Below, in pieces: positions 29,129-38,956 of a stretch of DNA of 64,000 nt (position 1 is the stretch's first letter; each line of letters starts with the position of its first letter). The notes under the pieces were generated by a model, which made no database searches, was not told where the DNA came from, and worked only from the letters and a program-made list of their open reading frames with translations. A program made the position numbers and the translations under genes. The DNA lies in contig CAIMWE010000123.1 in NCBI GenBank assembly GCA_903845115.1, positions 1,345-65,344 on the forward strand, in the 5' to 3' direction. The DNA comes from an uncultured Acidobacteriota bacterium (GTDB taxonomy: Bacteria; Acidobacteriota; Thermoanaerobaculia; UBA5066).

Positions 29129-30312
29129 GGATCCTGTGGCTGGGGACGAAGCTTCCCTGGCCGCCGGCCGACGGAGGCCGGCTCCTTTCCTTCGACACGA
29201 TCCGCCTCCTGTCGAGGAGCCACCGGGTCACGCTCGTCGTCCCGGACAGCGTCCCCGCGCGGGAAGCGGAACGGCGCCGGGCGGCCGGGGAGCTCGCCCC
29301 GTTCTGCGACCTCCACGTCGTCCCCGTGCCGGAGAGGCCTCGGCTCGCCTCGCTCGCCCGTTCGATCGCGGGAATCCGCCCCTTCACCATCGACCGACAC
29401 CGCCACGCCGCCGTCGACGCCCACGTGGAGCGGCTCCTCCGGAACGAGGAGTACGACCTGGTCCACGCGGAACAGCTCCACTCCCTCCCGCCACCCTCCT
29501 CCCGGTGCTGGGAGAGGCCGGTGGTTCTCCGCGAGCAGAACGTGGAGTGCGACCTCTGGTACGGGGCGTCCCGCTTCGGAAGAGGCCCGCTCGCGTGGGG
29601 AATCGGAGTCGAGGCGCGGCGCCTGGAGCGGTGGGAGGCCGCGGCCGTCCGGAGGAGCGCGCTCACCGTCGCCCTGACGGAGGAGGACCGCCGCCGGCTC
29701 CTCGGGCTCTCGGGAGCGGGGGGGGAGAAGGTCGTGTCCGTCCCGGTCCCCTTCGCCGCGACCGCGGAGGCCGGCCCCGAGCCGCTGCCGGGCCGCCCGG
29801 CCGTCGTCCTGATCGGGAGCGCGGGCTGGCGGCCGAACTCCGACGGCACGAGGTGGTTCGTCGAGTCGGTCTGGCCCGAGGTGGCCCGCCTGACGCCCGG
29901 GGCCGTCCTGCACCTCTTCGGTGACGCCGGGTCCGCGGTTCCGTCGGCGGTGCTCCGCCTCCGCCCGGCACCGGCGGACGTCCGCATGGCGCTGGCGGCC
30001 GGGGCGGTCTGCGCCGTCCCGCTCCGGTTCGCCTCGGGGGTCAGGATGCGCATCCTGGACGCCTGGTCCCGGGGGATCCCGGTCGTGGCGACCTCCGTCG
30101 CGGCGGCGGGCCTGGAAGCGGTGGACGGGACCCACCTCCTCCTCGCGGACGACGCGGAGGCTTTCGCCCGGGCCTTCCGGCGGCTGGAGGACGATCCCAC
30201 CCTCGGCGGCGCCCTGGCGGAGAACGCGCGAGCGCTCCTGCGGCTCCGCCACGAGCCGGAAAGGGCGGTGTCCGGCCTCGAGGCGGCCTACGCGCAGGTC
30301 GTGGGCCGCTGA
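29125..30312 (+). CDS. Glycosyltransferase family 4 (GT-B)
   Basis: GTGA-coupled start. PWPPADGGRLLSFDTIRLLSRSH at the N-terminus and the C-terminal EX7E-like region (GSAGWRPNSDGTRWFVESVWPEV...RILDAWSRGIPVVAT). Confidence 0.8.
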   Translation: MRILWLGTKLPWPPADGGRLLSFDTIRLLSRSHRVTLVVPDSVPAREAERRRAAGELAPFCDLHVVPVPERPRLASLARSIAGIRPFTIDRHRHAAVDAHVERLLRNEEYDLVHAEQLHSLPPPSSRCWERPVVLREQNVECDLWYGASRFGRGPLAWGIGVEARRLERWEAAAVRRSALTVALTEEDRRRLLGLSGAGGEKVVSVPVPFAATAEAGPEPLPGRPAVVLIGSAGWRPNSDGTRWFVESVWPEVARLTPGAVLHLFGDAGSAVPSAVLRLRPAPADVRMALAAGAVCAVPLRFASGVRMRILDAWSRGIPVVATSVAAAGLEAVDGTHLLLADDAEAFARAFRRLEDDPTLGGALAENARALLRLRHEPERAVSGLEAAYAQVVGR

Positions 30313-30396
30313 GCCGTCGCCGTCCGTCGACCGGTTTTGAATTCGAGGCGCCGATCTCCTAGACTTCGCGCCCTCGGTGCTGGGAGGAGGTCCCGT

Positions 30397-31383
30397 GTGA
30401 CTTGGTGGACAGGCAAGAGGGTGCTCGTGACGGGCGGAACGGGGTTCCTCGGATCCGTCGTGGTCGGGAAGCTCCGTCGGCGCGGCGCGGCCGAGGTCTT
30501 CGCCCCCCGATCCCGTGAGTTCGACCTGACGCGGAGGGAGGACGTCGAGCGGTGCCTCGACGCGTCCCGGCCCGACGTCGTCATCCACGCGGCCGCGAAG
30601 GTGGGGGGGATCGGCGCGAACCGGCTGCACCCCGGCTCGTTCTTCCGGGACAACGCGCTGATGGGAATCCACCTGATCGAGGCCTGCCGGCTCCGGGCCC
30701 GGCGCCATCGCCTCTCGCGGTTCGTCTGCCTCGGGACCATCTGCGCCTATCCGAAGTTCACGCCCGTCCCGTTCCGCGAGGAGGACCTGTGGAACGGCTA
30801 TCCGGAGGAGACGAACGCGCCGTACGGGATCGCCAAGAAGGCCCTTCTCGTGATGCTGCAGGGGTATCGCGAGGAGTACGGGTTCTCGGGGACCTACCTC
30901 CTTCCGGTGAACCTGTACGGCCCGGGGGACAACTTCGACCCCGAGTCGAGCCACGTCATCCCCGCGATGATCCGGAAATTCGTGGAGGCGCGGGAGGCCG
31001 GACGGGACGAGGTGACTCTGTGGGGGGACGGAAGCCCGACCCGCGAGTTCCTCTACGTGGACGACGCCGCGGAGGGGATCCTGGCGGCCGCCGAGCGGTA
31101 CGACGGGGCCGACCCGGTCAACCTCGGGAGCGGCGAGGAGATCTCGATCCACGATCTCGCCGAGACGGTCCGGAAGGCGGCCGGGTTCGGCGGCCGGCTC
31201 GCGTGGGACGTCTCGAAGCCCAACGGCCAGCCGCGGCGGAGGCTGGACGTCTCGAGGGGCCGCGAGCTGTTCGGGTGGAGCGCCTCCACGCCGATGGCCG
31301 AAGGGCTCCGGGAGACCGTCGCGTGGTTCGAGGCCCACAGGCCCGAGAAGGCCGCCCCCGCGGCGAACGTCCATGGCGGCTGA
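30397..31383 (+). CDS. fcl: GDP-L-fucose synthase (GDP-4-keto-6-deoxymannose 3,5-epimerase/4-reductase)
   Basis: SD GGAGGAGG upstream of the [21 protein letters not shown] and [24 protein letters not shown] are hallmarks of Fcl/WcaG. Confidence 0.85.
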   Translation: MTWWTGKRVLVTGGTGFLGSVVVGKLRRRGAAEVFAPRSREFDLTRREDVERCLDASRPDVVIHAAAKVGGIGANRLHPGSFFRDNALMGIHLIEACRLRARRHRLSRFVCLGTICAYPKFTPVPFREEDLWNGYPEETNAPYGIAKKALLVMLQGYREEYGFSGTYLLPVNLYGPGDNFDPESSHVIPAMIRKFVEAREAGRDEVTLWGDGSPTREFLYVDDAAEGILAAAERYDGADPVNLGSGEEISIHDLAETVRKAAGFGGRLAWDVSKPNGQPRRRLDVSRGRELFGWSASTPMAEGLRETVAWFEAHRPEKAAPAANVHGG

Positions 31384-33145
31384 TCGCCCCATCGCCACCC
31401 GGGGCGCCACGTTGATCGCGACCGGCTTCAACGAATACCGGTCCCGGTTCGCGGCGATCACGCGGCGGGCCCCCGTCCGTTTCGCCAGCAGGGACTGGTC
31501 CGGCGGGCGCGACGACGCCGTCGAGCGGCTGGAGCTTTACAAGAAGGTCGTCACGCCGACGCTGGTCCGCCTCGAGACGCTGGTCGGCGCCGCCATCCGC
31601 GACAGGTCGCTCTGGACCGACATGAAGGAGGCGTTCGTGGCCCGGGTCCAGGGATGGCCCGACATGGAGCTGGCCGAGACGTTCTTCAACTCGCTCTCGC
31701 GAAAGGTCTTCACGACCGTCGGGGTGGACCCGAGCGTGGAGTTCGTCGCCTCCGAGACGGGCGGCCCGGAGAGCGGCGAGGGAGCGCTCGTCCGCGAGTA
31801 CCTCCCGGACGGCTCCGGGACCCTGGCGGCCGTCTTCCGGGCGATCCTCGAGGACCACCCGTTCGCCGCCCCCTGGGAGGACCTCGAGCGCGACGCGCTC
31901 AGCGCCGCCCGGGAATTCTCGAGGCGGCTCGTGGAGTCGCGGGGAACGGACGGCTTCGACGCGATCGAGATGCTGCGTCCCATCTTCTTCCGGAACAAGG
32001 GCGCCTACCTCGTCGGCAAGGTGAAGCGGGGCGACGGAGTCGTCCCTCTCGTCGTCAGCCTCCTCAACCCGGCCGGCAAGGTCGTGGTGGACGCGGTCCT
32101 GCTGGAGCCGGACGAGGTGAGCATCGTCTTCAGCTTCACGCGGTCGTACTTCCACGTGGAGACGTCGTCGCCGGCGAAGCTCGTGGGGTCCCTGAAGACG
32201 ATCATGCCGAAGAAGCCCGTCTCGGAGCTCTACACGGAGATCGGCCACAACAAGCACGGGAAGACGGAGCTCTTCCGGAACTTCCTCTCCCACATGGAGG
32301 CGTCCACGGACCACTTCGTCCGGGCGCCCGGAGTCGAGGGGATGGTGATGACGGTCTTCACCCTCCCGTCCTACGACGTCGTCTTCAAGGTCATCAAGGA
32401 CTCGTTCCCACCCCCCAAGGCCTCGACGCGGGCGGAAGTCCAGGCGAAGTACCGGCTGGTCTTCCGGCACGGGCGGGCGGGCCGGCTGGTCGACACGCAG
32501 GAGTTCGAGTACCTCGAGTTCCCCCTGACACGGTTCCGGCCGGAGCTCCTCGAGAGCCTCCTGAAGGTCGCCGGCGAGACCGTCAGGGTCGAGGGGGACC
32601 AGGTGGTGATCCGCCACCTCTACACCGAGCGGCGCCTGACGCCCCTCGACCTGTTCCTCAGGGAGGCCCCCGACGACGAGGCGCGAAGAGCCATCCTCGA
32701 CTTCGGGGAGGCGCTCAAGGAGCTGGCGTCCACGAACGTCTTCCCAGGCGACCTCCTCCTCAAGAACTTCGGCGTCACCCGGCACGGACGGGTGGTCTTC
32801 TACGACTACGACGAGCTGTGCCTTCTCACCGACTGCCACTTCCGGGAGCTGCCGGAGGAGAGCGACGGCGGCGAGCCCTCCTTCTACGTCGGGGCGAACG
32901 ACATCTTCCCCGAGGAGTTCCTGCCGTTCCTGGGCCTCAAGGGGGCGGCCCGGGAAGCCTTCCTGGGCGCCCACCGGGACCTCCTCGGGCCCGGGTTCTG
33001 GCGGGTGACGCAGGAGAGGATCCAGGCGGGGGAGCTGTTCGACATCTTCCCGTACCCGCCCGAGCGGCGGCTGGGAGGCCCGGCCCCGGCCGGCTTCCGC
33101 GTCTCTTGCCCGAGCCCGATTGACGGCGCCACCCCCTCCGAATAG
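31373..33145 (+). CDS. aceK: Isocitrate dehydrogenase kinase/phosphatase
   Basis: 590 aa with [25 protein letters not shown], the AceK kinase-domain signature. Length and layout match AceK. Confidence 0.8.
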   Translation: MAADRPIATRGATLIATGFNEYRSRFAAITRRAPVRFASRDWSGGRDDAVERLELYKKVVTPTLVRLETLVGAAIRDRSLWTDMKEAFVARVQGWPDMELAETFFNSLSRKVFTTVGVDPSVEFVASETGGPESGEGALVREYLPDGSGTLAAVFRAILEDHPFAAPWEDLERDALSAAREFSRRLVESRGTDGFDAIEMLRPIFFRNKGAYLVGKVKRGDGVVPLVVSLLNPAGKVVVDAVLLEPDEVSIVFSFTRSYFHVETSSPAKLVGSLKTIMPKKPVSELYTEIGHNKHGKTELFRNFLSHMEASTDHFVRAPGVEGMVMTVFTLPSYDVVFKVIKDSFPPPKASTRAEVQAKYRLVFRHGRAGRLVDTQEFEYLEFPLTRFRPELLESLLKVAGETVRVEGDQVVIRHLYTERRLTPLDLFLREAPDDEARRAILDFGEALKELASTNVFPGDLLLKNFGVTRHGRVVFYDYDELCLLTDCHFRELPEESDGGEPSFYVGANDIFPEEFLPFLGLKGAAREAFLGAHRDLLGPGFWRVTQERIQAGELFDIFPYPPERRLGGPAPAGFRVSCPSPIDGATPSE

Positions 33146-33262
33146 ACTCCGGCGGTTGTCCCGGGGTTTCGGGATCATCCTTGGGGGCCAGCGGACTTCG
33201 AGGTCGACGTGGTGTCGTCTCGTGAGCCTTCCGGTCGGCCCCTCCTCTCGGAGGTAGCGTTC

Positions 33263-34894
33263 GTGAAAAGGTCTACGGGCTGGCGCGTCGCCCTGACGCT
33301 CGCCGTTCTCATCGGTTCCATTGCCGCCTACTGGTGGCGCGGGCACGAGGCGCTGAAGCGGTCTCCGACCGCGCCTCCCGATCCGACGCTCTCGGACGTC
33401 CTGAAGAACGGGCTGAAGCTCGGCCTGGACCTCCGGGGCGGGATCCACCTCGTCATGCAGGTGAAGACCGGCGACGCCCTCCGGGTGGAGGCGCAGGATG
33501 CGGCCGAGCACCTGAAGGACGAGGCCCGCAAGCGCGGAGTGAACGTCGGGACGCTTCCTCCCGCCACGGCCGAGGGGTTCACGATCCAGCTGAGCGAGCA
33601 GACGGAGCCGTCCAAGCTGAAGGAGCTCTGCAAGAGCGCGCTCTCGCAGACCGACTGGCAGATCGACGAGCGCGGGCGCGAGTGGAAGGTCTCCCTCCGG
33701 ACCCCGGCCAAGATGCAGATCGAGGACCAGTCGGTCCGGCAGGCGGTCGAGACGATCCGGAACCGGGTCGACGCCCTCGGCGTCACCGAACCGGTCATCC
33801 AGCGCCAGTCCACGGACCGGATCCTGGTCCAGCTCCCGGGCGTGGACGACCCGAGCCGCGTGAAGGAGATCATCGGGACGACCGGCCTCCTCTCGCTGAC
33901 CCTCGTCGACGACAAGGGCGGTCCGTACGGGTCCCAGGAAGCGCTTCTCCAGGCCTACGCCGGGGCGTTCCCGGCCGAGCTCGAGATCGTCGAAGGCTTC
34001 AACGAGGACTCCGAGTCCCGCATCCGCACCCCGGTGTTCTACGGCCTCAAGCGGGCCGCGGCGGTGACGGGTCGGGACCTGAAGAACGCCCGCGTGGGGC
34101 ACGACAAGTACAACCAGCCGGCCGTCGAGTTCTTCCTCAACGCCGTCGGGGCCGAGAAGTTCGGCCGGGTGACCGGGGAGAACATCGGCAAGCGGCTCGC
34201 GATCGTCCTGGACAGGCGGGTCCAGTCGGCTCCGGTCATCAACGGGAAGATCGAGTCCAACGGGATCATCGAGGGGAACTTCACGGCGGACAAGGCCGAG
34301 GCCCTCACGCTCGTCCTCCGGTCCGGGGCGCTTCCGGCGGAGATGATCGTCCTGGAGGAGCGGACCGTCGGGCCGTCCCTCGGCCTCGACTCGATCAAGC
34401 AGGGCGTCCTGGCCTCGGTCGTCGGGATGCTCCTGGTCTTCGTCGCCATGGTCGTCTACTACCGGCTGGCCGGCGTGAACGCCGTCCTGGCCCTCCTGCT
34501 CAACGCCGTCTTCCTCCTCGGGGCGATGGCGTGGATCAACGCGACCCTGACCCTGCCCGGCATCGCCGGCTTCATCCTGACGATCGGCATGGCGGTCGAC
34601 TCGAACGTCCTGATCTTCGAGCGCATCCGCGAGGAGATCGACGGCGGGAAGGCCCCCCTGAACGGGGTCGACATCGGGTTCAAGAAGGCCTTCGGGACGA
34701 TCATCGACACCCACGTCACGACGATCTCCGCGGCCGCGTTCCTCTTCCAGTTCGGCACCGGCCCGGTGAAGGGCTTCGCCGTGACGCTGGTGATCGGCCT
34801 CCTGGCCTCCGTCTTCACCGCGGTGTTCGTCTCGCACCTCCTCTTCGACCTCTTCTACCGGTCGCAGGAGAAGGTCGAGGCGATCTCCATCTGA
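33263..34894 (+). CDS. secD: Protein translocase subunit SecD
   Basis: N-terminal TM, a periplasmic domain (LGLDLRGGIHLVMQV) and a C-terminal 5-TM SecD/SecF domain. GTG start after GGAGG. Confidence 0.9.
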   Translation: MKRSTGWRVALTLAVLIGSIAAYWWRGHEALKRSPTAPPDPTLSDVLKNGLKLGLDLRGGIHLVMQVKTGDALRVEAQDAAEHLKDEARKRGVNVGTLPPATAEGFTIQLSEQTEPSKLKELCKSALSQTDWQIDERGREWKVSLRTPAKMQIEDQSVRQAVETIRNRVDALGVTEPVIQRQSTDRILVQLPGVDDPSRVKEIIGTTGLLSLTLVDDKGGPYGSQEALLQAYAGAFPAELEIVEGFNEDSESRIRTPVFYGLKRAAAVTGRDLKNARVGHDKYNQPAVEFFLNAVGAEKFGRVTGENIGKRLAIVLDRRVQSAPVINGKIESNGIIEGNFTADKAEALTLVLRSGALPAEMIVLEERTVGPSLGLDSIKQGVLASVVGMLLVFVAMVVYYRLAGVNAVLALLLNAVFLLGAMAWINATLTLPGIAGFILTIGMAVDSNVLIFERIREEIDGGKAPLNGVDIGFKKAFGTIIDTHVTTISAAAFLFQFGTGPVKGFAVTLVIGLLASVFTAVFVSHLLFDLFYRSQEKVEAISI

Positions 34895-34913
34895 CGAGCG
34901 AAAAGGCAAGACC

Positions 34914-36134
34914 GTGCGCATCTTCCATCAGCCCAAGTTCGATTTCCTCGGCATCAAGTGGTACTGCATCACCGGCTCGATCGTCTTCACGGCGATCGGC
35001 CTCCTCTCCCTGGTCGTCAAGGGCGGGCCCAACTTCGGCGTCGACTTCACCGGGGGCGCCCAGCTGATCTACGGCTTCTCCAGCCAGCCCGACGAGAACC
35101 AGATCCGGAAGGTCGTCGAGTCGGCTCAGGTGAAGGTCGACTCGGTCCAGCGGTTCGACCGCGCCGAGAAGAACCAGGTCCTCCTCCGCGTCCCGATGGA
35201 GAAGAAAGAAGGGCGTGACCTCTCCAAGGAGGTGACGGCGGCCCTCACGAAGGCGTTCTTCCCCCAGGCCTCCGCGGGAGCGTTCGACCTGAACCTGAAC
35301 GGCGCCGACGCGCTCCTGGCGAAGCTGATCGTGGACGACCCGGAGAAGCTGGCCGCCAAGCCCAACGCGGACCCGAAGGCGGACTACGGCCGCATCGCCC
35401 AGTCGATCATCGACGCGCGGTCCCGCATGGGCCTGTTCAAGACCGTCGACGACGCCGCGAAGGTGCAGGGGATCGCCCCCGTGACCGGGGCGTGGCTGAA
35501 GGAGAAGGCCGTGGCCGGCCCCTTCACCCTCCTGTCGGCCGAGAACGTCGGGCCGCAGGTCGGGAAGGACCTCCGCGAGAAGGGGGCCCTGGCGGTCTTC
35601 GCCTCGTGGGCCGCGATGCTCGCCTACATCGGGCTCCGCTTCCGGTCGGTCTCGTTCGGTACGGCGGCGGTCGTGGCGCTGGTCCACGACACGCTCTTCA
35701 CGCTGGGGCTCTGCTCGATCCTGAACACGGAGATCTCGCTGACCGTCGTGGCCGCGTTCCTGACCTTGATCGGCTACTCGGTCAACGACACGGTCGTCGT
35801 CTACGACCGGATCCGGGAGAACCTGCAAAAGAGCCGCCGCGAGCCTCTGCCGTCGGTCGTGAACCGCTCCATCAACGAGACGCTCTCCCGGACGATCCTG
35901 ACGTCTGGCCTCACCTTCCTCGTCTGCATCGCGCTCTTCTTCCTCGGCGGGGAGGTGCTCCGCGGCTTCTCGTTCGTCATGATCGTCGGGATCATCGTCG
36001 GGACGTACTCGTCGGTCTTCATCGCGGCCCCGCTCGTCATCGTCTGGGAAGAGTGGAAGTCGAAGAAGGCCGGCCAGAACGCGGCCCCCGCCGCGGCCTC
36101 CAGCCCGAAGGGGAAGCCGGCCAAGGCGAAGTAG
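34914..36134 (+). CDS. secF: Protein translocase subunit SecF
   Basis: GVDFTGGAQL...SecF fold, then YSVNDTVVVYDRIREN and a C-terminal Lys/Ala-rich tail. Confidence 0.9.
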   Translation: MRIFHQPKFDFLGIKWYCITGSIVFTAIGLLSLVVKGGPNFGVDFTGGAQLIYGFSSQPDENQIRKVVESAQVKVDSVQRFDRAEKNQVLLRVPMEKKEGRDLSKEVTAALTKAFFPQASAGAFDLNLNGADALLAKLIVDDPEKLAAKPNADPKADYGRIAQSIIDARSRMGLFKTVDDAAKVQGIAPVTGAWLKEKAVAGPFTLLSAENVGPQVGKDLREKGALAVFASWAAMLAYIGLRFRSVSFGTAAVVALVHDTLFTLGLCSILNTEISLTVVAAFLTLIGYSVNDTVVVYDRIRENLQKSRREPLPSVVNRSINETLSRTILTSGLTFLVCIALFFLGGEVLRGFSFVMIVGIIVGTYSSVFIAAPLVIVWEEWKSKKAGQNAAPAAASSPKGKPAKAK

Positions 36135-36165
36135 GCCCGCCGAGGAAACGCCCCGGAGACCTTCT

Positions 36166-36190
36166 CAGGCCCGCCTTCCGGCGGGCCTGA
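36166..36190 (+). terminator. Putative secDF terminator hairpin (GGCCCGCC-TTCC-GGCGGGCC), no clear U-tract
   Basis: Perfect 8-bp GC stem about 30 nt after the secF stop. Confidence 0.4.
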
Positions 36191-36294
36191 CCGCGTTCTG
36201 GGGCCTCGGCGACCCGGCCCGGCGGCGGCGGCCGGCCGGGGTCCGGAGGACGGGCCGGGCTGCGACGCCTCCTCTCGTGTGGGATAGTTGACGC

Positions 36295-36936
36295 TTGGAC
36301 GCAGGAATCGCGATCGACGACGAGGACGTGAGGCGCACCCTGCGCGCGTGGATCGAGGCCAGCATCCCGCCCCTTCACGGCTGGGCCACCGTGGAGAAGG
36401 GGCTCGCGCTGGCGGAGCTCGTGTACGCGACGCGCGCCGAGTCCTCCGTCGAGATCGGGGTGTTCGGGGGCCGCGGGACGATCTCCATGGCGCTCGGCCA
36501 CCGGGCGGCCGGCCGGGGCGTGGTCACGGCCATCGACCCGTGGGAAGCCGGAGCGGCGCTCGAGGGGGAGAACTCTCCCGAGAACGACGAGTGGTGGCAG
36601 AAGATCGACTACGAGGAGATCTTCCAGCATTTCGTCGGCGCCCTCGAGGCGTGCGGCCTGTCCGGGCAGTGCCGGATCCTCCGGAAGCGCTCCCACGATG
36701 CCGTGACGCTCTTCGAGGACGAAAGCATTTCCGTGCTCCACCAGGACGGCAACCACTCGGAGAAGGTCTCTTGCGCCGAAGTGCAGTCGTGGGGCCCGAA
36801 GGTCGGCCCTGGCGGGTACTGGGTCGCCGACGACACCGACTGGCCGACCACCCGGCGCGCCCAGGAGATGCTCCTGGAAAGGGGATTCCGGGTGATCGAG
36901 GACCGCGGCGCCTGGCGCGTCTACCAGAAGCCGTGA
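36295..36936 (+). CDS. Class I SAM-dependent methyltransferase, Methyltransf_24 (TylF/CmcI-like) family
   Basis: VEIGVFGGRGTISMALG (SAM-binding glycine-rich loop) and VLHQDGNHSEKVSCAEV, which fits the hxDGDHsye pattern of this family. The start codon is uncertain (a TTG at 36295 or a GTG at 36328). Confidence 0.6.
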   Translation: MDAGIAIDDEDVRRTLRAWIEASIPPLHGWATVEKGLALAELVYATRAESSVEIGVFGGRGTISMALGHRAAGRGVVTAIDPWEAGAALEGENSPENDEWWQKIDYEEIFQHFVGALEACGLSGQCRILRKRSHDAVTLFEDESISVLHQDGNHSEKVSCAEVQSWGPKVGPGGYWVADDTDWPTTRRAQEMLLERGFRVIEDRGAWRVYQKP

Positions 36937-36938
36937 CG

Positions 36939-37997
36939 ATGGTCGGGGCGTTCGGGGCCTGGATCGGGGACCGCATCTCGCGCCTTCGGGCGGAGCGTCG
37001 GAAACGGGCGCCGCTCTCCTCGTGGGACACCGGCCTCAGCGTCGTCTACGTCACCCGTCGCGCCGAGCCGCGCTTCGACTGGTTCGCCGATAGCCTGGCT
37101 TCCCAGCTAGGCGGAGAGGAGAGCCTCGAGGTCGTCTTCGTGGACGGGTTTCACTCCGCCGGGAGGTCGGCGGCCCTCGCAGGGATCGTGCGTGGCCGCT
37201 TTCCCTACCGGCACGTCCCCCCCAAGCCCTCCCCGTTGAGCGGCCCCTACAGGCTGACGGCGCGGGAATATTTCGCGGCTGCGAGCGCGCGCAACACGGG
37301 GATCGTCTACGCCCGGCACCCGTACGTCGTCTTCGTCGACGACGTATCGGTCCTCCTCCCGGGCTGGTGGAAGGAGGTTCGCCGGGCTGCGAGGCTCCGG
37401 TACGTGGTTGCCGGCGCCTACCAGAAACACTTCGAGATGACCGTGGAGGACGGCCTCCTCGTCGCGAGCCGGTCGGAGCCAGCCGGGATCGACTCGCGCT
37501 GGGCCCTGGGCGATTCCGGGGGCCTGGTTCCCATCCCGGGCGGCCAGCTGTACGGCTCGAGCGTCGGGGTGCCGCGGGACGCCCTCCTCGCCGTCAACGG
37601 CTTCGACGAGCTCTGCGACTCGGCCGGGGGCGAGGACTACCAGCTCGGAGTGCGACTGGAGTGGGCCGGGGAAGCGATCTACTACAGCCGCGCGATGCTG
37701 ACGGTCGAGAGCGAGGAGCTTCACCGGCAGGGCGCCGCTCTCGGTGGCATCGATCGCACGCTGGACGAGGCCGCCTACATGAGCTTGCTCAGGACGTTCG
37801 GGGTGGGGCGCCGCACGACTGACGGCCCGCGCGAGATGGGCTTCATGGTCCTCGACATCCTCTACGGGACGCATTCGGTCCGGTCCCTGGGCAACTCCTA
37901 CTCCCTCGCGGAGCTCCGGGAGGAGGATCTTCCCGGTCTCGTCGAAAGGTTCCCCCGCCGCCACTGGTTCACGGGCGAGGCCCTCTCCGACCTATGA
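36939..37997 (+). CDS. Hypothetical protein, possibly a GT-A-like nucleotide-sugar transferase
   Basis: 352 aa. VVFVDGFHS and HPYVVFVDDVSVLLPGWW, two hydrophobic-D-D style segments, and FDELCDSAGGEDYQLGVRLEW. Weak assignment. Confidence 0.35.
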   Translation: MVGAFGAWIGDRISRLRAERRKRAPLSSWDTGLSVVYVTRRAEPRFDWFADSLASQLGGEESLEVVFVDGFHSAGRSAALAGIVRGRFPYRHVPPKPSPLSGPYRLTAREYFAAASARNTGIVYARHPYVVFVDDVSVLLPGWWKEVRRAARLRYVVAGAYQKHFEMTVEDGLLVASRSEPAGIDSRWALGDSGGLVPIPGGQLYGSSVGVPRDALLAVNGFDELCDSAGGEDYQLGVRLEWAGEAIYYSRAMLTVESEELHRQGAALGGIDRTLDEAAYMSLLRTFGVGRRTTDGPREMGFMVLDILYGTHSVRSLGNSYSLAELREEDLPGLVERFPRRHWFTGEALSDL

Positions 37998-38917
37998 GGC
38001 CGCAGGCCCTCCACCGGCGGATCGTCTCGCGAGGGGACCTGCCGGGAAGCGACGGCGGGATCTACAACCCCGCGGCGGTCCCGGCTGGCTCCGCGATCCT
38101 CCTGCTGTGTCGCCGGGAGATCGACTACCGATTCACCGCCCGGGTCCACCCGGAGGCGATCCTCGTCGATCCCGACTCCTTCGCCGTCCTGCGTCACTGG
38201 ACGCTCCAGAAACGGGGCTTCCCCCGGTCTTCCCGCGTGGAGGACTTCCGGCTCCTCGCGCACCGGGACGAGCTCCTCGTCGTCCACACCCTCGTCACGG
38301 AGGACCGGATCAAGCCCGTGATCTCCCGCGTCTCGGGCAGGCGGCTGGAGCTGTTCGACGAGCTCGAGCTCCCCGTGGCGATCGACCGCGTGGAGAAGAA
38401 CTGGGTCCTCTTCGAGCGGGGAGGGACGATCCACTGCCTCTACCGGCTCGACCCCCTCACGATCTTCGCCAGGAAGCGGCGCGGATCGTGGACTCTCGTC
38501 CGGCGGGAGCCGAGCGGCTGGTCGGGCGAGCTCGAAGGCGGGCTGAGCAACTCCACCAACCTCATCCCGTTCATGGACGGATTCCTGGGCTTCTGGCACA
38601 CGCGGCTCCACGGACGGTACGTCCAGGGCGCCTTCCTCCTCGACGCCGACCTGCGGCTCCGGTTTCGGACGGGCGTGCTGCTCGACGGCGCCGACGTCCG
38701 AGAGGGGTTCAAGCCGGGCGTTCTCTACGTCAGCGCCCTCGTCGAGCATCGGGGGACGATCCTCGCGTTCTACGGCGAGGGAGACGCCCACACGAGCGTC
38801 GCGATCTTCGACGCCCGGGAGCTCGAGGACGAGCTCCGGCGTTCCCCGTCGGCGGGCGAAGGCCCTGCGCCGGACGGCGGGTTCCGGTCCTGGTGCCCTG
38901 TCTGCGACCTGCGCTAG
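37994..38917 (+). CDS. Hypothetical protein of unknown family; paralogous to the C-terminal domain of the 41413..43533 protein
   Basis: Shared motif blocks with the GT2-TPR protein C-terminus: GIYNPAAV..ILLLCRRE vs LACNPSIL..YLVNCRAV, EKNWVLFE vs QKNWLPFVE, H.RLHGRYVQGAFLLD vs HGIRYYLHRFLLLD. Confidence 0.5.
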   Translation: MRPQALHRRIVSRGDLPGSDGGIYNPAAVPAGSAILLLCRREIDYRFTARVHPEAILVDPDSFAVLRHWTLQKRGFPRSSRVEDFRLLAHRDELLVVHTLVTEDRIKPVISRVSGRRLELFDELELPVAIDRVEKNWVLFERGGTIHCLYRLDPLTIFARKRRGSWTLVRREPSGWSGELEGGLSNSTNLIPFMDGFLGFWHTRLHGRYVQGAFLLDADLRLRFRTGVLLDGADVREGFKPGVLYVSALVEHRGTILAFYGEGDAHTSVAIFDARELEDELRRSPSAGEGPAPDGGFRSWCPVCDLR

Positions 38918-38956
38918 GCGGTCGGCCCGGACGGTCTCCGGCCGGAGCGACCGCGG

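Noticed and set aside
31118-34921. 1267-aa minus-strand ORF
   Set aside because: Antisense to aceK and secD. No motifs. GC artifact.
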